Source: Rhizodiscina lignyota | Taxonomy: Eukaryota | Direction: 5' to 3' | NCBI GenBank assembly: GCA_010015805.1 | Contig: ML978134.1 | Coordinates: 1-64,000, forward strand | DNA: 64,000 nt | Shown: positions 36,254 through 50,212 of the stretch, piece after piece | Layout of the letters: the number at the start of each line of letters is the position of its first letter | Numbering within the stretch: the first letter of the stretch is position 1 | Made by a program: the position numbers and the translations under genes | The notes under the pieces: generated by a model | Database searches by the model: none | What the model was told of the DNA's origin: nothing | The model's input: only the letters and a program-made list of their open reading frames with translations

Positions 36254-38322
36254 ATGGGTGGTCTCTCATCTGCAGACGCCGCGCAATTGCAAGCGCACTT
36301 GCAACACGCCGTCACTGCCTGTTCCGAGAGATGTCTATGGCAGTCGGCAAAATGGTATTCGAACAAAAACTTCTTCTGCGGCTGAAAGAGACCTGACATC
36401 TGATTAGGGCAGCAGAACTCCTCAACTCTCTCCCAGGCGTTTCTGACTCGCTCAACCAGTCCGACACTGAAGTGGACTCACCAATGAGCGATGGAACCCA
36501 ATCCACACCCCCAAAGCTGAAAATTTCAGTCGATCCAGTCCAAACACAGCTTGAAGCGAAAGAGCTTCCAAGATACCTGCTTGCGAAATCCTTCTTCGAC
36601 TGCCGAGAGTTCGATCGATGTGCGGCCGTCTTCTTACCCGGCAGCTTGCCCAAAGGTGCGGTCGGCTCAAATTTACCACAACCCAACAGGAGAAGTTCGG
36701 CTGGGAAGGGTAAAGCCAGGATGAGCACACCTATAAAGGTCAAGTCCTATGAAGAGTCGCTGTCAGGAATAAGCCACAAATCTCTTTTTCTGGCACTGTA
36801 TGCGAAGTACATCTCAGGAGAGAAGCGGAAGGATGAGGACAGTGAAATGATCCTTGGACCTGCCGATGGGGGCGTGACGAGCAACAAGGAATTAAATGGA
36901 CTGACCTCGATACTTGAAGGGATACTCTCGAATCTGCACGCGAACAACGCCAATGGTGGAGGCTGGCTGGAATACTTGTATGGCATAGTCCTGGCAAAGA
37001 ACAAGAATGAAGAGCTGGCGAAGACATGGCTGATCAAGAGCGTTCATCTCTATCCATACAATTGGGGTGCTTGGGAAGAGTTGTGTAACCTCCTCGGTAC
37101 AATTGAACAAGTATGTCCAACCTCTATTGGAGTAACATGTAGAGTACTGACTTGTTTTAAGCTTCAGCAGGTCACAGAGCAACTCCCTCAAAACATCATG
37201 ACCTACATTTTCCACATCTACGCCAGTCAATCCCTCTTCCAAGTTACCGATCAAGTCCACAACCAACTCACCTCGATTCAATCGATCTTTCCTTCCTCGG
37301 CATTTCTCAAGACTCAAAGAGCACTCCTCTTCTATCACTCTAAAGATTTTGAAGAATCCGAATCGATTTTCTCAGAGCTCCTCACATCTTATCCGCACCG
37401 CATCGACTCTGTGGACGTCTACTCCAATATCCTCTACGTTATGTCGCTACGACCAAAACTCGCTTTCCTCGCACATACCTCGACTCTGACAGACAAATTC
37501 CGACCAGAGACATGCATAGTCGTTGGGAACTATTACTCTCTCCTCTCGCAACATGAAAAGGCGGTCATCTACTTCCGCCGCGCACTCACACTGGATCGCA
37601 CGTTTACTTCTGCATGGACGCTTATGGGCCACGAGTATGTTGAAATGAAGAACAGTCACGCTGCTATCGAATCGTATCGGCGAGCAGTCGAGTCGAACCG
37701 CCGTGATTACCGTGCCTGGTACGGCCTCGGACAGACTTACGAAGTCCTCGAGATGTTCAGTTATGCGCTATGGTACTACCAACGTGCTGCTGGTCTAAGG
37801 CCGTACGATGCCAAGATGTGGCAAGCCGTGGGCCAATGCTTTGCCAAGGTGGGCAAGCTTGGGAATGCTCTCAGGGCATACAAACGCGCTCTTATTGCAG
37901 GGAGCTTCAACGACGGCTCAGCAAGCAGTTTTGGAAATAGCCAAGGTGGCGAGTTTGGCGTCGGACATCTTGGAGGCGGAGTGCTGGATCCGGAAACCCT
38001 CTACCAAGTTGCGAGTATCTACGAAAGACTGGATCAAAAGGAAGAAAGTGCAGCGTATATGGAGCTTGTGCTCGCGCAGGAAGAGGGACCGCAGGCTGAT
38101 GACGAAGACGGAATCTTTGCTGGTAGTTCAGTTCAGGGCGTGGGTGTAACACCAACAACGAGCAAAGCGAGGATGTGGCTGGCGAGGTACGAGTTTGCGC
38201 GAGGAGAATACCAGAGGAGCATGGAGTTGGCGAACGAACTGTGTCAGGACGGAGTTGAGGTCGAAGATGCGAAGGCGCTGGTGAGAGATATTCGGGCAAG
38301 AGTTGAGGCTGATGCGGGATGA
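36254..38322 (+). CDS. CDC23: Anaphase-promoting complex subunit 8 (TPR protein)
   Basis: CSERCLWQSAKW|AAELLNSL, YLLAKSFFDCREFDR, FRPETCIVVGNYYSL, WTLMGHEYVEMKNSHAAIESYRRAV, DYRAWYGLGQTYE. Introns near 36354-36407 and an in-frame one near 37111-37161. Confidence 0.95.
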
Positions 38323-39370
38323 AGTGGTCGCGGCGGAATCAGAAATGATGGAAACAGCACCCTGGGTGTTCAACTACAAGCAATGGAATCCCCCATGCAG
38401 ATAGGGGGAAATATCAAGGGAGGATACGAAGTCCAGCAATCAGATATGAGCTGTCATAAGTCCTAACAATAGGTCACCTCAAGGGGGATCATGCAGCCAT
38501 GTCTTTAGTCCAGCCTTTTCGGCGCTCTGTATCAACTGAATTCTATATTGCTGGAGCTCACAGGCTCTTTGAATTGAAGACTTTATTGGAGTGTACGGAA
38601 CTAATTGCGGTCATCCGACCGTGACGCCCTTGGCATTTCAGTGCATCCCCGCCCCGCTCGGGGAGGATAGCATCCAGCATATCGCACTGCGTACCTCACT
38701 CTCGAGAAACGTAACTGCCGAAATCCATCACTTGCCTCTTTCGTTCCATCTTTACATCAAGAGACGAGACTTCCTACCACTATGCAGGAAAGCCAAGGAG
38801 GCTATACAATGAGTCCTACCCGGTTGAGCACCTTCCTGGATTCCTCACTCTCGAACCTCAAAACGACTGGCCTATGAAATCTTCCGGACTGTGGAGATCG
38901 AGTAGTTAAGCGTTCGGCATCGTCTACATTTTCGAGTTAACAACCGAAGGTTCGGGAGACACCCAGGCGGAAGATGACCTGCGAGACATCTCTGCTACCG
39001 GCATGCCGTCACGGCCAAGAGTGTGGAGTCAGGACAAGACTTCCGGGATAAATCCCTACTTCCCCGCAAACTACAAGGATTGAAGGGTGTTTCCCTATGT
39101 ATATCGACTCCTTAGTTGTGAGGAGTGGCCTATCGCTAGATATATTCCGGTACACCATGCAAGGTCTCCGTTGCTTCGAGTAGCATTGGCACATCCATAT
39201 GAACTGGGTTGATCACGGCAGTAATCCCAATCAAACTGCCGTTTCCTTCTGTTTGATGCATACATGAACCCCATGCTTGCTGTCTGGCTACGGTTCTTAG
39301 ACTTCATCAAATTTGGCGTAACCTTTCTACGTATTGGCAACACTCGCAGGCGTTACCTCGCGTGTTCAAG

Positions 39371-41184
39371 ATGACATCTGAGTCCAAGATCCTTCAAACA
39401 GACACGGAAAAACAGTTAGAAGGGACAGTCGTCCATCTTGAAGATGCCCTTGATGCTCTCAATATTGACCCCAAGGAGGCCGATGAAGCCTTTGAATTTC
39501 TTAAAGACCATCCAAATGCGGACGCGGTTACTCAAGAGGCAATATCCATTCTAGCTGACGATAGGAAACGAAAAAAGCTCCTTCGCAAGATAGACTGGGC
39601 GATTCTTCCGTGCATGATTGTCGTATATTTTCTCCAGTTCCTGTGAGCTAAGCACGAATGAATGGTTGCGTGGATGCTAACAATCGGACAGTGACAAAAC
39701 CACAATCGGCTACACTGCTGTGATGGGCCTGCGTGAGGACACCCATCTCAAAGGACAAGACTACAGCAATGTCGCTATGATCTTCTACATTGGCTACCTG
39801 GTGGCGGAGTTCCCAACACAATATCTCGCTCAACATATTTCGAGGCTTGGAAAATATCTCGGTGCGAACGTAGTCTTATGGGGTATCACTCTAGCCGCTC
39901 ATTCAGCCGCCCAAAGTTATGCTGGATTGATGATTTGCCGTACAATTCTTGGGATTTTCGAAGCTTGTGTCACGCCGACGTTGGTGCTCGTCGTCGCGAT
40001 GTGGTACAAGAAACAAGAGCAAGGACGGAGGATCTCATACGTCTATGTTTGCAACAGGTCCGTCAGAAACTTAGTGGCAAGCCACATCCCTTGCCATTTT
40101 GTTTCATCGCTGACAATCAATTAGCTTCACTTCCATCTTCGGTGGACTTGTGTCCTACGGTATCTCGTTCTCGAAAAACAACAACTTTGCAAGCTGGCGG
40201 ATTTTCCTCCTGACCATTGGCCTGTTTACTGCCGTAGCTGGTGTGGTAGTATTTTTCTATCTTCCTGATTCTCCGGTCAAGGCAAGGAGGTTCACCGATG
40301 CCGAGAAAGTCGCAACGCTGTTACGTGTGAAGGACAACCAATCCGGGACACAAAATGCCAAGATCAAGGCTGATCAGTTGCGCTTGGTCTTCAAAGATCC
40401 TGGAGTCTATCTTGTTGGCCTCAGTGTGCTGATGTTGAGCGTGCCGACCTCAATCCCCAACTTCGCAAGCATCCTTTTGACAACATTTGGATACACTCCC
40501 CAGCAGGCGGTACGTAGATTATGACTTATTGGGAAATTGTACTGACATTTCTAAAGCTGATTCTCAACATTCCGGGTGGTGTTGTTGGCGCCATTGCTAC
40601 AATTCTCATCGGATACCTTAGCGATCGATGGAATGACCGCAGTCTAGTGATGATCATTAGCATTCTCCCTACTATTGCCGCCTTTGCTATGATGATCGGC
40701 CTCGATCCTGGTGGTGTGCCCAAAAACAAGGGTGCATTGTTGTTTGCACTATATCTTTGCAACTCCTTCACAGCGGTTAGTCATGAAGCCATCTAAACGG
40801 ACAATGTAGTGACTGACCCAATCTTCATAGTCCTTTATGCTTCTTCTTGTCTGGAATGCATCCAATCTTGGGGGCCACACCAAAAAGGTCACAGTCAACG
40901 CAATGACGCTTGTCCTGTACTGCGCCGGAAATATTGCGGGCACCGAATCGTTCATCTCAACGGAAGCCCCGGGTTATGTCAGCGGAAAAGCTGCGATCAT
41001 GGCCACACTATCAGTCCAAGTTTTCTTGTGTTTGGCTCTGAGGTGGCGAAATGATAGGCTGAACAAGAAGAACAAAGAAAAGCTTGCTGCTATGAGCGAA
41101 GATGAGAAGGAGAGGTTACGCGAACAACTTGCGTATGCTGACAAGACGGATCGAGAGAACCCGTTCTTCGTTTATACTCACTGA
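39371..41184 (+). CDS. MFS allantoate/dipeptide (Dal5-type, anion:cation symporter) transporter; about 4 introns
   Basis: LLRKIDWAILP, QFLDKTTIGY, MWYKKQEQGRR, LPDSPVKARRF, SNLGGHTKK, DKTDRENPFFVY. Confidence 0.9.
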
Positions 41185-41421
41185 GAGGTCAGTTTATCTA
41201 GCGCTGTTAAAATCTATTCGCTGGCACTGTCATGTCACATGCTATACGAAGGGGGTAAATGCAGCTCCAGTATTCTGGTCGACCTTTTATGGAAAGGTGC
41301 AGAGAGCAGTTGGCTAGGTCCGATCATGTCAACGAAAACATGAGATAGAAATGAGTAAATTTTGTCGATTTGAAGCTGCTGTTTTCTTAACACTGAGTCA
41401 AAAATTAACTCGGCTCAAATT

Positions 41422-44335
41422 TTAACTCATGTTGTGGTCACGTATAGTCGCCAATTTGTCCAATTCTTCCTGCTTTTCCTTCACTCTTATCACTGTTACA
41501 TTACCTTCACCAACTGCTTTGATTAACTTGTCCAGATCTACATACCAACCCCTCGCCTCCTCCGGTCTTCCCTGAGCCTGCAAAACCATTCCGATATTGA
41601 CTCTACTGACCCAAGTCTGCCATACCTCACCCAGCTGTTGTTCCCGCTGCTCCAGAGCTTTATCATGCAAGCTTTTCGCCTCTTCCAACATTGCCACACC
41701 ATTGGGGCCTCCATCCTCCGCCCACAATCGGAGGCTTTCAGCCAGATTGTTGCGGCCGAACATCACTTGCCGGCTAACACTGAAATCGGGTTGGGAAAGA
41801 GCCTTCTCAAGAACATCGTGCTGGATCTGGATGGCCTCTGCATACTTCCTTTGCTGCTGTAATGCGCCTCCGAGATTGTTCTGAATCAGAATTACGTCTG
41901 GGTGTGCCAGGTTGTCTGCATGTCGCTCCATCTGCACCTGTAATAGGTCGCGGTACTGTGTCTCTGCCTTGCCCGAATCACCTTGCCGCAGATACAAGAG
42001 GGCCAGGGAGTTGCGCACGCGTAGCAAGGTAGGGTTAGCGCGTGGTGCGGTTTTACACAACTCAAACGCCTCTTCAAGGTGTCGCTGCGCTTTATCATAC
42101 CGAGACAACCGATCCAGCGTGATGCCTAAATTGAGGTGCGCGTTCAATGTGGTCAGGCCCGGCTCCGGCTCAATGTACGGCAAGAGGGTGATGAGCTCCT
42201 CCTGTTGCTCGGCCGCAGCAACGATCTCTCCTGCAGTGGACAGCGCTACGGATAGTTCCTTGCGTGCGTCGAAGAGACCCTGGGATGTCACGTCGGAACT
42301 GAGTTTCGCGTATTTCACAGCCTCCCTGTGCTGTTCGATGGCCTCCTTGTACCTGCCGAGTGGTGCGAGCATATTGCCCAGGTTGGTCATCGCTTGGATC
42401 ACATTGGGGTGCGTCTTGGGCATATCTCGAAGGAAGAGCCTCAAGTTCTCCTCAGCCTGGGCCCGCCCTTTCTCCCATTTCCCTGTCAACCCGTACAGAC
42501 GGACTAGAGAGTTACGCGCAATAATGCCGCTCTTGTTGTTCTTACCGTATAGTTTTATTGCTCCTTGGGCGCCTTGAAGCAGTCGAACCTCCGCAGCCTG
42601 CCACTTGCCTTGCTCCATAAGTACAGCTCCGTAGGCACCGCTGTGTATCAACAGTCGCCAGTCGTCTGGCTCGAGGGTGGTTGTATAGATGCTCTCGATG
42701 ATTTCGTGAATGACTGCCGCCTCGTCCGGCTTGTCCATCATCATTTCCGTGTAGGCAACATGCTCTGCTACTTCCATGGTGCGCATATCAGTCGTTCCGT
42801 ATACTTGCTCGCAGATCGTTTCGGCGTCGCAGAAGTATTTGTGCGCTTCAGGAAGCTTGGACATACGTTCCCTATATATTCCCAGCTTGCACAGCAGAGC
42901 TTCCCGTGACTTCTGAAGCCGCATCCAATCCTCTTTGGAGAGGTTGGTCACCCTGCCATCGGTCGTAAACAGGAGTGGGAATCTGCAATCTGTGGCCTCG
43001 TAGATTATGGTCTGTGGTATAGCCTGCCGTAATGCTTGCCGTATATGGGGAATGAGTGCCTCGCATGTCTGCAAGAGCATTGACCTGTGGACTTTGCCGA
43101 ACAATGCGTCCAGGTCTTTGACGGCGTCCCAATGGTACGACGCCAGTGTGCCGTCTTCAGACAGCCGCTTGTAAAGATATGTCCGTATCAGCTCATTCAT
43201 GAAACACTGGTATCCATCGCGTGAGCAGCCGATCAAGGAAAGCGACAGCAATCTGCGGAGGCCGCGCCGGACCTCAAGAGTGTAATGGGGAGATTCCTCG
43301 GCCCAGGCGATATAGAGAAGTGGCAGCGGCATGCCTTGTGTGTCAAGGGCAGACATGCAGCATAACATCTCATATGACTTGTCGTTGCTTCTCGCGACGT
43401 AATCGACAGCCGCCTTCAAGGTGAGCTCCAATGTGTTTGATGCTTCGCTCGATACCTGTTTCTTCAATTGGTGCCAGGCATCTTCTTCGTCGTTCATCCT
43501 CATATATTGGGAGCCAAATGCAGCAAACAGAGCAAGGCCAACCGGTGAGTACTGCAGGCTTTTCAGGGTCTGGTTTGTCTCGTGACCTTTCAGTCTGCCC
43601 TCTGACAACCTTGTGTCCAGAAATTTTTTGGCTTCATCATTCGAGAACGAATCCATTTCGATGAGGCGCATCTTTCCCGTATCAATTCCATTCTCTAAGA
43701 GAACTGACAATTCGAGTCTTGTTGTTATGAGTACTCTCCCAAGCAAAGGTTTGAAAGTATTCAGGAAATTGACCAGTGCTACCTTCTCCATCTCCGGAAA
43801 GCAGTCGAATGACAAGTCGTCGAAAACTAAATGCCTCTTGGCATCGGAATTTTGGCTGTTGTACCATGCAATGAACTGTCTTAGGCCATCAACGTTAGCC
43901 CGATGAATGCCCAAGTCCCGTAGAAGCGTCCCAATTGATTGTTCTAGTCTCCAGAAGCCCCGTGATGAGAGCCACATGAATAGCTCGTCCGGCCTTTGAT
44001 CTCTATTCCTGTATGCATGCTCGATAGCAACATGTGTCTTCCTGAGCTCTGTGTTAGTGGTGATTGCAGGCCATTTAAGGGATATTGAAACTAACCCAGT
44101 TCCCGATGGCCCGTGAAGAATTATGACGCTATTGTAGTTGAGTTTTCGAAGAAATTCGTCTCGTCCGACAAACTTTGCATCCCTCGGAAGTTCCATAATA
44201 TGCGTGTCAGAGAGTGTTAACTGACGCCCTTGTCGTGGAGATAAATCACCCCTTCATGAATGGTCCTCGCTCAATCAACGCTTTAACATGATTGACAGCG
44301 CACGCTGGCAGGAATGATTGAACTTTCTTGTTCAT
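41422..44335 (-). CDS. NLR-like STAND protein: NB-ARC + TPR repeats, with no N-terminal effector domain
   Basis: FVGR, Walker A GPSGTG|KT (split by intron 44042-44095), Walker B HLVFDD, VLITTR, PVGLAL, then kinesin-light-chain-type TPRs (HPNVIQAMTNLG, HPDVILIQNNLG). Start is ATG 44196, or ATG 44335 via intron 44252-44303. Confidence 0.85.
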
Positions 44336-44535
44336 GAGATTTTCAGCTTTCCGGAATAAAATAGGAGAAATTGTTCAATATTCGTAGCTGAACAAAGGAA
44401 AACACGCTAGTTGGTATCTGATTAGCGTTGCCTAACTGGGAACCACCCCCTGAATCTTTATTTAGTCTGTGAGTCTGGACCTTCGAATTTCCAGAGCGAT
44501 AAAACTTCTTCAAGAATTCGCAACATACCTCTGAG

Positions 44536-47082
44536 ATGGAGCATATTCACAGCGGCTCTGGTAAAAGGCCAGAATTACAATTCCCCTGTCTGGTTAGTAG
44601 ACTCAACACAATTACTAACCGAAAATGCCAATGGCACGAATATCCAAAAGTCCGAGACTATGACTTCGAGGACATCCGGTTCTATCAGTGGCAAAAATTC
44701 CCAGCCAGGGAGTTTGCGACGTTCCTACAGGACTGGCTTTTCTTTGGACTCCTGCGCGCTATCTTACCGGCGGAAATTGTCGTGCGCGTGGACGACTTCG
44801 TCAGAACGAACGACAGAGGAGAGAGGTACATTACCACGCACAAATTGGTGAATGACTATCTCAAACCATGGGAAAAGATTCTCAGTGAAATGCCCGAGGA
44901 AGAGATGAGAAAGCTTACCAAAGAAAATCGACGGGTCTTGGAAAAAGCGAGGAATCTCAGCTATCACCTGTCCGAGTTACCTCGTGCGCTTGGCCCCCAC
45001 CTCTTCCCGCCCTTACAGTTGGAATGTGTACTACCATGTGCACTTCTGGGTCATGCTCTATCAATCTCAAACGCCTCTCCTATCACTAATGATGCCCTTT
45101 GCCATGCTTGGACTACTGGAGACCTGATAGCAGAGCAGATGGAGCTACAAGGCTGGTGTCCCTTCATTGTCTGCGGTATAAAACACTCCCACGACATCAC
45201 GACGCGTTGCTACTTTACGACCTTGGGCCGGCCGAAGACGAAGAAATATAAAACCCCGCGGAACCACGCCAGATGCACTGACACGCTCTGTGACCAAACG
45301 AGGATCAAGGATGCCCAGCATACCACGCAGCATTGTACGTGCGCCACGCTCCTGCCACCTGTAGCTCGTGTAGCAGAAGCTATCAGAAATGCATCAACCC
45401 CTGTGCTCCAATATCTACCACCCACAGACTCTGCTCTATCCAGCCTAAGCTTCGGATTCTCGAACAGCAGCTCTCCATACGTGGCCATCTCACACGTATG
45501 GGCTGACGGTCTAGGCAATCCGAGGGGAAATGAGACTCCTGATTGCCAGGCCAAGCGTCTTCAGCAGGCCGTGGATCGGATATTCCATATTCCCAAAAAT
45601 TCGAAATCAACTGGAAGTGGTGGCGGGTGGTGGTGGCTCGACACGCTGTGCGTGCCTGCTGACAAGAAAAAGTATGAGAAAGAGTACGAAAAAGCTATCA
45701 GGCAGATGAAAATGATCTATGCACAGGCTGATAGCGTTCTGATTATCGACTCAGGTCTCGAGACTTGCGATGATGATACCTCTACCCTGGAAGTCCTCGC
45801 GCGCCTGCGACTGTCAAACTGGATCCGACGTCTCTGGTGTTATCAAGAGGGCCAATTTGCCAAATCAATCTACGTGCTAGTTGGGTCGACGCCAAGGTCA
45901 TGGGATGACATCGCGGACGCAGCAATTCAGCTTCCGAGGGAAGGATACCAAAGACGTATTGCCGAGGAGTTGATGAACACCTACAGCAAGCTCTTTTTTC
46001 CGCGCATCATGAACGAAACCTTCGTAGATGAGCCCGAACCTTTGGATTCTGGAGTTGGAGCTATCAATATGGAAGTGGGAGAGGTTCCAGGGGAATCTCC
46101 TTTCATCACTGAGCGAGTGCTATCAGAGGTCATCGAACAGCTATCCAACCGGGTTGCAACGAATATAAGAGATGAGCCTCAGTGCCTCTCCTTGCTCCTG
46201 AATTTGAACACAAAACTGGTACAAGATGCTGTAAAAGAAGAGGAATGCGAAGAATGTAAAGTAAATGAACCCAATTGTGCCGAAGGAGACAGAGGAGATC
46301 CACCTGGAGTTGAGCAAAAGAAAAGCAGTGATTCCAACGATCATTTCTCAATCCCCTCCGAAGCTGGTATGGTCATGCTCCTGCGGTTGGCCAACCAAGC
46401 TGCCAAGTTGACGCCAGATCACGTACGGCCTCGTGGATGTTTTCCGCCATCGATGATCTTTCCCACTGGCCGGCGCTTACGTCGACGTGGCTTCCGCTGG
46501 GCACCACAGTCGTACCTTTACTCCGGAGCCCTCCAGAGCTTCAGCTCTTTCTTACCACTGAAAGTCCACGATGCACGCTTTCGAATCACCCGCGACCGAC
46601 CGTCCGGGCTGCTTTGTGAGAGCGAGCATGGGTTGAGGGTCATGTATCCTGGACTACTCATAACCGACATCGACTCTGTCAGGCCTGTGGCCGAACATTT
46701 CATTATTGACTCGTCCGATGAACCAATTGAGGGCATGCCCAAGTTCTGGAGATGTACATACACGAAAGATGTCCAAGGCGGGGGCGGTGCATGGGAGGAT
46801 ATTGCACCCAGGTCGAATTCGGACTCATGCGACAAGATGGACATGCGCCAGCTGGCGATCATTGTTGACGGCTTCAATAACTTGGACTCTTCTCAGAGCT
46901 TCTCCAGCATTCTAGTAAAAGTTACGGGCGAGTGCCCTGAAGGTGGTTATACTGTGCAACGCCTTGGCAGGTTGGTTGGGGCTGCGACTCCAAAGGATGA
47001 TGATTATGAATGGATGCGAGATCCCTGGCTACGTGTGAAGGGCAGCTGGCTGCCATTGACTCAGATGTGGTGCGTTGACTGA
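44536..47082 (+). CDS. HET-domain protein (848 aa, intronless)
   Basis: FLQDWLFFGLL, GWCP, H..CT…C, YVAISHVWADGLGNP..N..P.CQ, WLDTLCVP, MIYAQADSVLIID, WIRRLWCYQEG, GFRWAPQS, terminal WCVD. Confidence 0.9.
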   Translation: MEHIHSGSGKRPELQFPCLVSRLNTITNRKCQWHEYPKVRDYDFEDIRFYQWQKFPAREFATFLQDWLFFGLLRAILPAEIVVRVDDFVRTNDRGERYITTHKLVNDYLKPWEKILSEMPEEEMRKLTKENRRVLEKARNLSYHLSELPRALGPHLFPPLQLECVLPCALLGHALSISNASPITNDALCHAWTTGDLIAEQMELQGWCPFIVCGIKHSHDITTRCYFTTLGRPKTKKYKTPRNHARCTDTLCDQTRIKDAQHTTQHCTCATLLPPVARVAEAIRNASTPVLQYLPPTDSALSSLSFGFSNSSSPYVAISHVWADGLGNPRGNETPDCQAKRLQQAVDRIFHIPKNSKSTGSGGGWWWLDTLCVPADKKKYEKEYEKAIRQMKMIYAQADSVLIIDSGLETCDDDTSTLEVLARLRLSNWIRRLWCYQEGQFAKSIYVLVGSTPRSWDDIADAAIQLPREGYQRRIAEELMNTYSKLFFPRIMNETFVDEPEPLDSGVGAINMEVGEVPGESPFITERVLSEVIEQLSNRVATNIRDEPQCLSLLLNLNTKLVQDAVKEEECEECKVNEPNCAEGDRGDPPGVEQKKSSDSNDHFSIPSEAGMVMLLRLANQAAKLTPDHVRPRGCFPPSMIFPTGRRLRRRGFRWAPQSYLYSGALQSFSSFLPLKVHDARFRITRDRPSGLLCESEHGLRVMYPGLLITDIDSVRPVAEHFIIDSSDEPIEGMPKFWRCTYTKDVQGGGGAWEDIAPRSNSDSCDKMDMRQLAIIVDGFNNLDSSQSFSSILVKVTGECPEGGYTVQRLGRLVGAATPKDDDYEWMRDPWLRVKGSWLPLTQMWCVD

Positions 47083-47869
47083 ACCGAGACTGCGTTTCTC
47101 TGAAGATATATCAGCTTGTAGATCACCATATGCGGGAATTGGGGTTCCTTGATAACCTTTCCTGATATTCCTTTAGCCTTGTGGTTCTTTGCGAGCGCCA
47201 ATTGTGACACCACACAGGCACATGAGTGATGCATGATGCTAAATTTGAAAGTTCGTATACTGGCACCTTTTGTCTTTTCAGAAGATTGGACTTGATGTTG
47301 GTTAGTCTCCGCTGCCATTGTTGGTTTCTGGTGATGTCTTCAATTCCTTCAAACGAAGATCGCAGTTTGACGCACCCGATCCAGGACACATATCGAGTGT
47401 CTAGTGCTCCCATTTTAGGCCGTAGATAATCAAAGACATTGACTTGGCCATTTAGCTGTGATCTCGAAAGCTAAACGGAAAGGCGGGGATGCTCACCAGT
47501 TCCTGATTTGTTCGAGCCTGTAACGTCGTGCATACTCTCCGTTATTCTGGCTTCTCTCGCACGAATCAACCTTGCTAATGTATTCTAGATAGCGCGGCCC
47601 GCTTGATGCTGTCTATGAGCTCTGTGCCACAGCTTAGTGGGAGAGAAGGTGTCCGAGGTGCGCCACAGCGGGCAAAAGGCTGAGACCCCTGCATGTGACG
47701 TGCGTACTAATCATATGTGGGCCGATCTACTCCTTAATTACTTTCTTTCAACCTGACCTTCACAACCTTTCAGAATTGATGTGAGCGCCAATTGCTCTTC
47801 AAACTGGGCTTTGGTGGTCCATTGCAGTACGTCGACGCATTCATTGAACTCAACTAGAGCTCCGAATCC

Positions 47870-49726
<1,857 letters not shown>

Positions 49727-50212
49727 TTGCATCCGCAGCTTGTAGCACAGCACAACTCGATTGTAAGATTTCCCAGCTGACTATGTTTCTCTGGCGAAGC
49801 TGCGGTGCAGAGGTATACGTAGTTGCAATTGCATTGAGAATATTTCATGACTTATCACTCAAATAACTTCCATAATCAGTGAAACAGACTTGAAAATTAT
49901 TGCCTTGAGGGTAACAAAATAGAGTAGCTAGCCGCTGATGCCATAACTGAACGACCCATCCAAGTTCCGGGTGCGCCCCACCTAAATCTAGGTGGCCGTG
50001 GTGGCCTGCGGGGCCCACTAAACTAATCTCTGGGCCTTTTTCGCACATCTCCGAGATTCAACCGAAGATTATCGGAATTCTTCGGCTAACAAATCTGACA
50101 TGAAGTTCCTGACGAATGTCGGTCGAGCGGGCTTGGGAGTTGTATTCCTGGAGCAGTGAATCTCTCAATTGCTAGTTGACGGAAGGAACACGATCCTTCC
50201 AGTGGCGCCAAG

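Noticed and set aside
41422..42900. High-identity internal TPR repeats typical of hypervariable het NLRs
   Set aside because: The repeats are divergent at protein and DNA level; I see no near-identical tandem units.
46900..47082. C-terminal amyloid signalling motif on the HET protein
   Set aside because: The C-terminus ends in the family-typical WCVD with no N/Q/G-rich pseudo-repeat.
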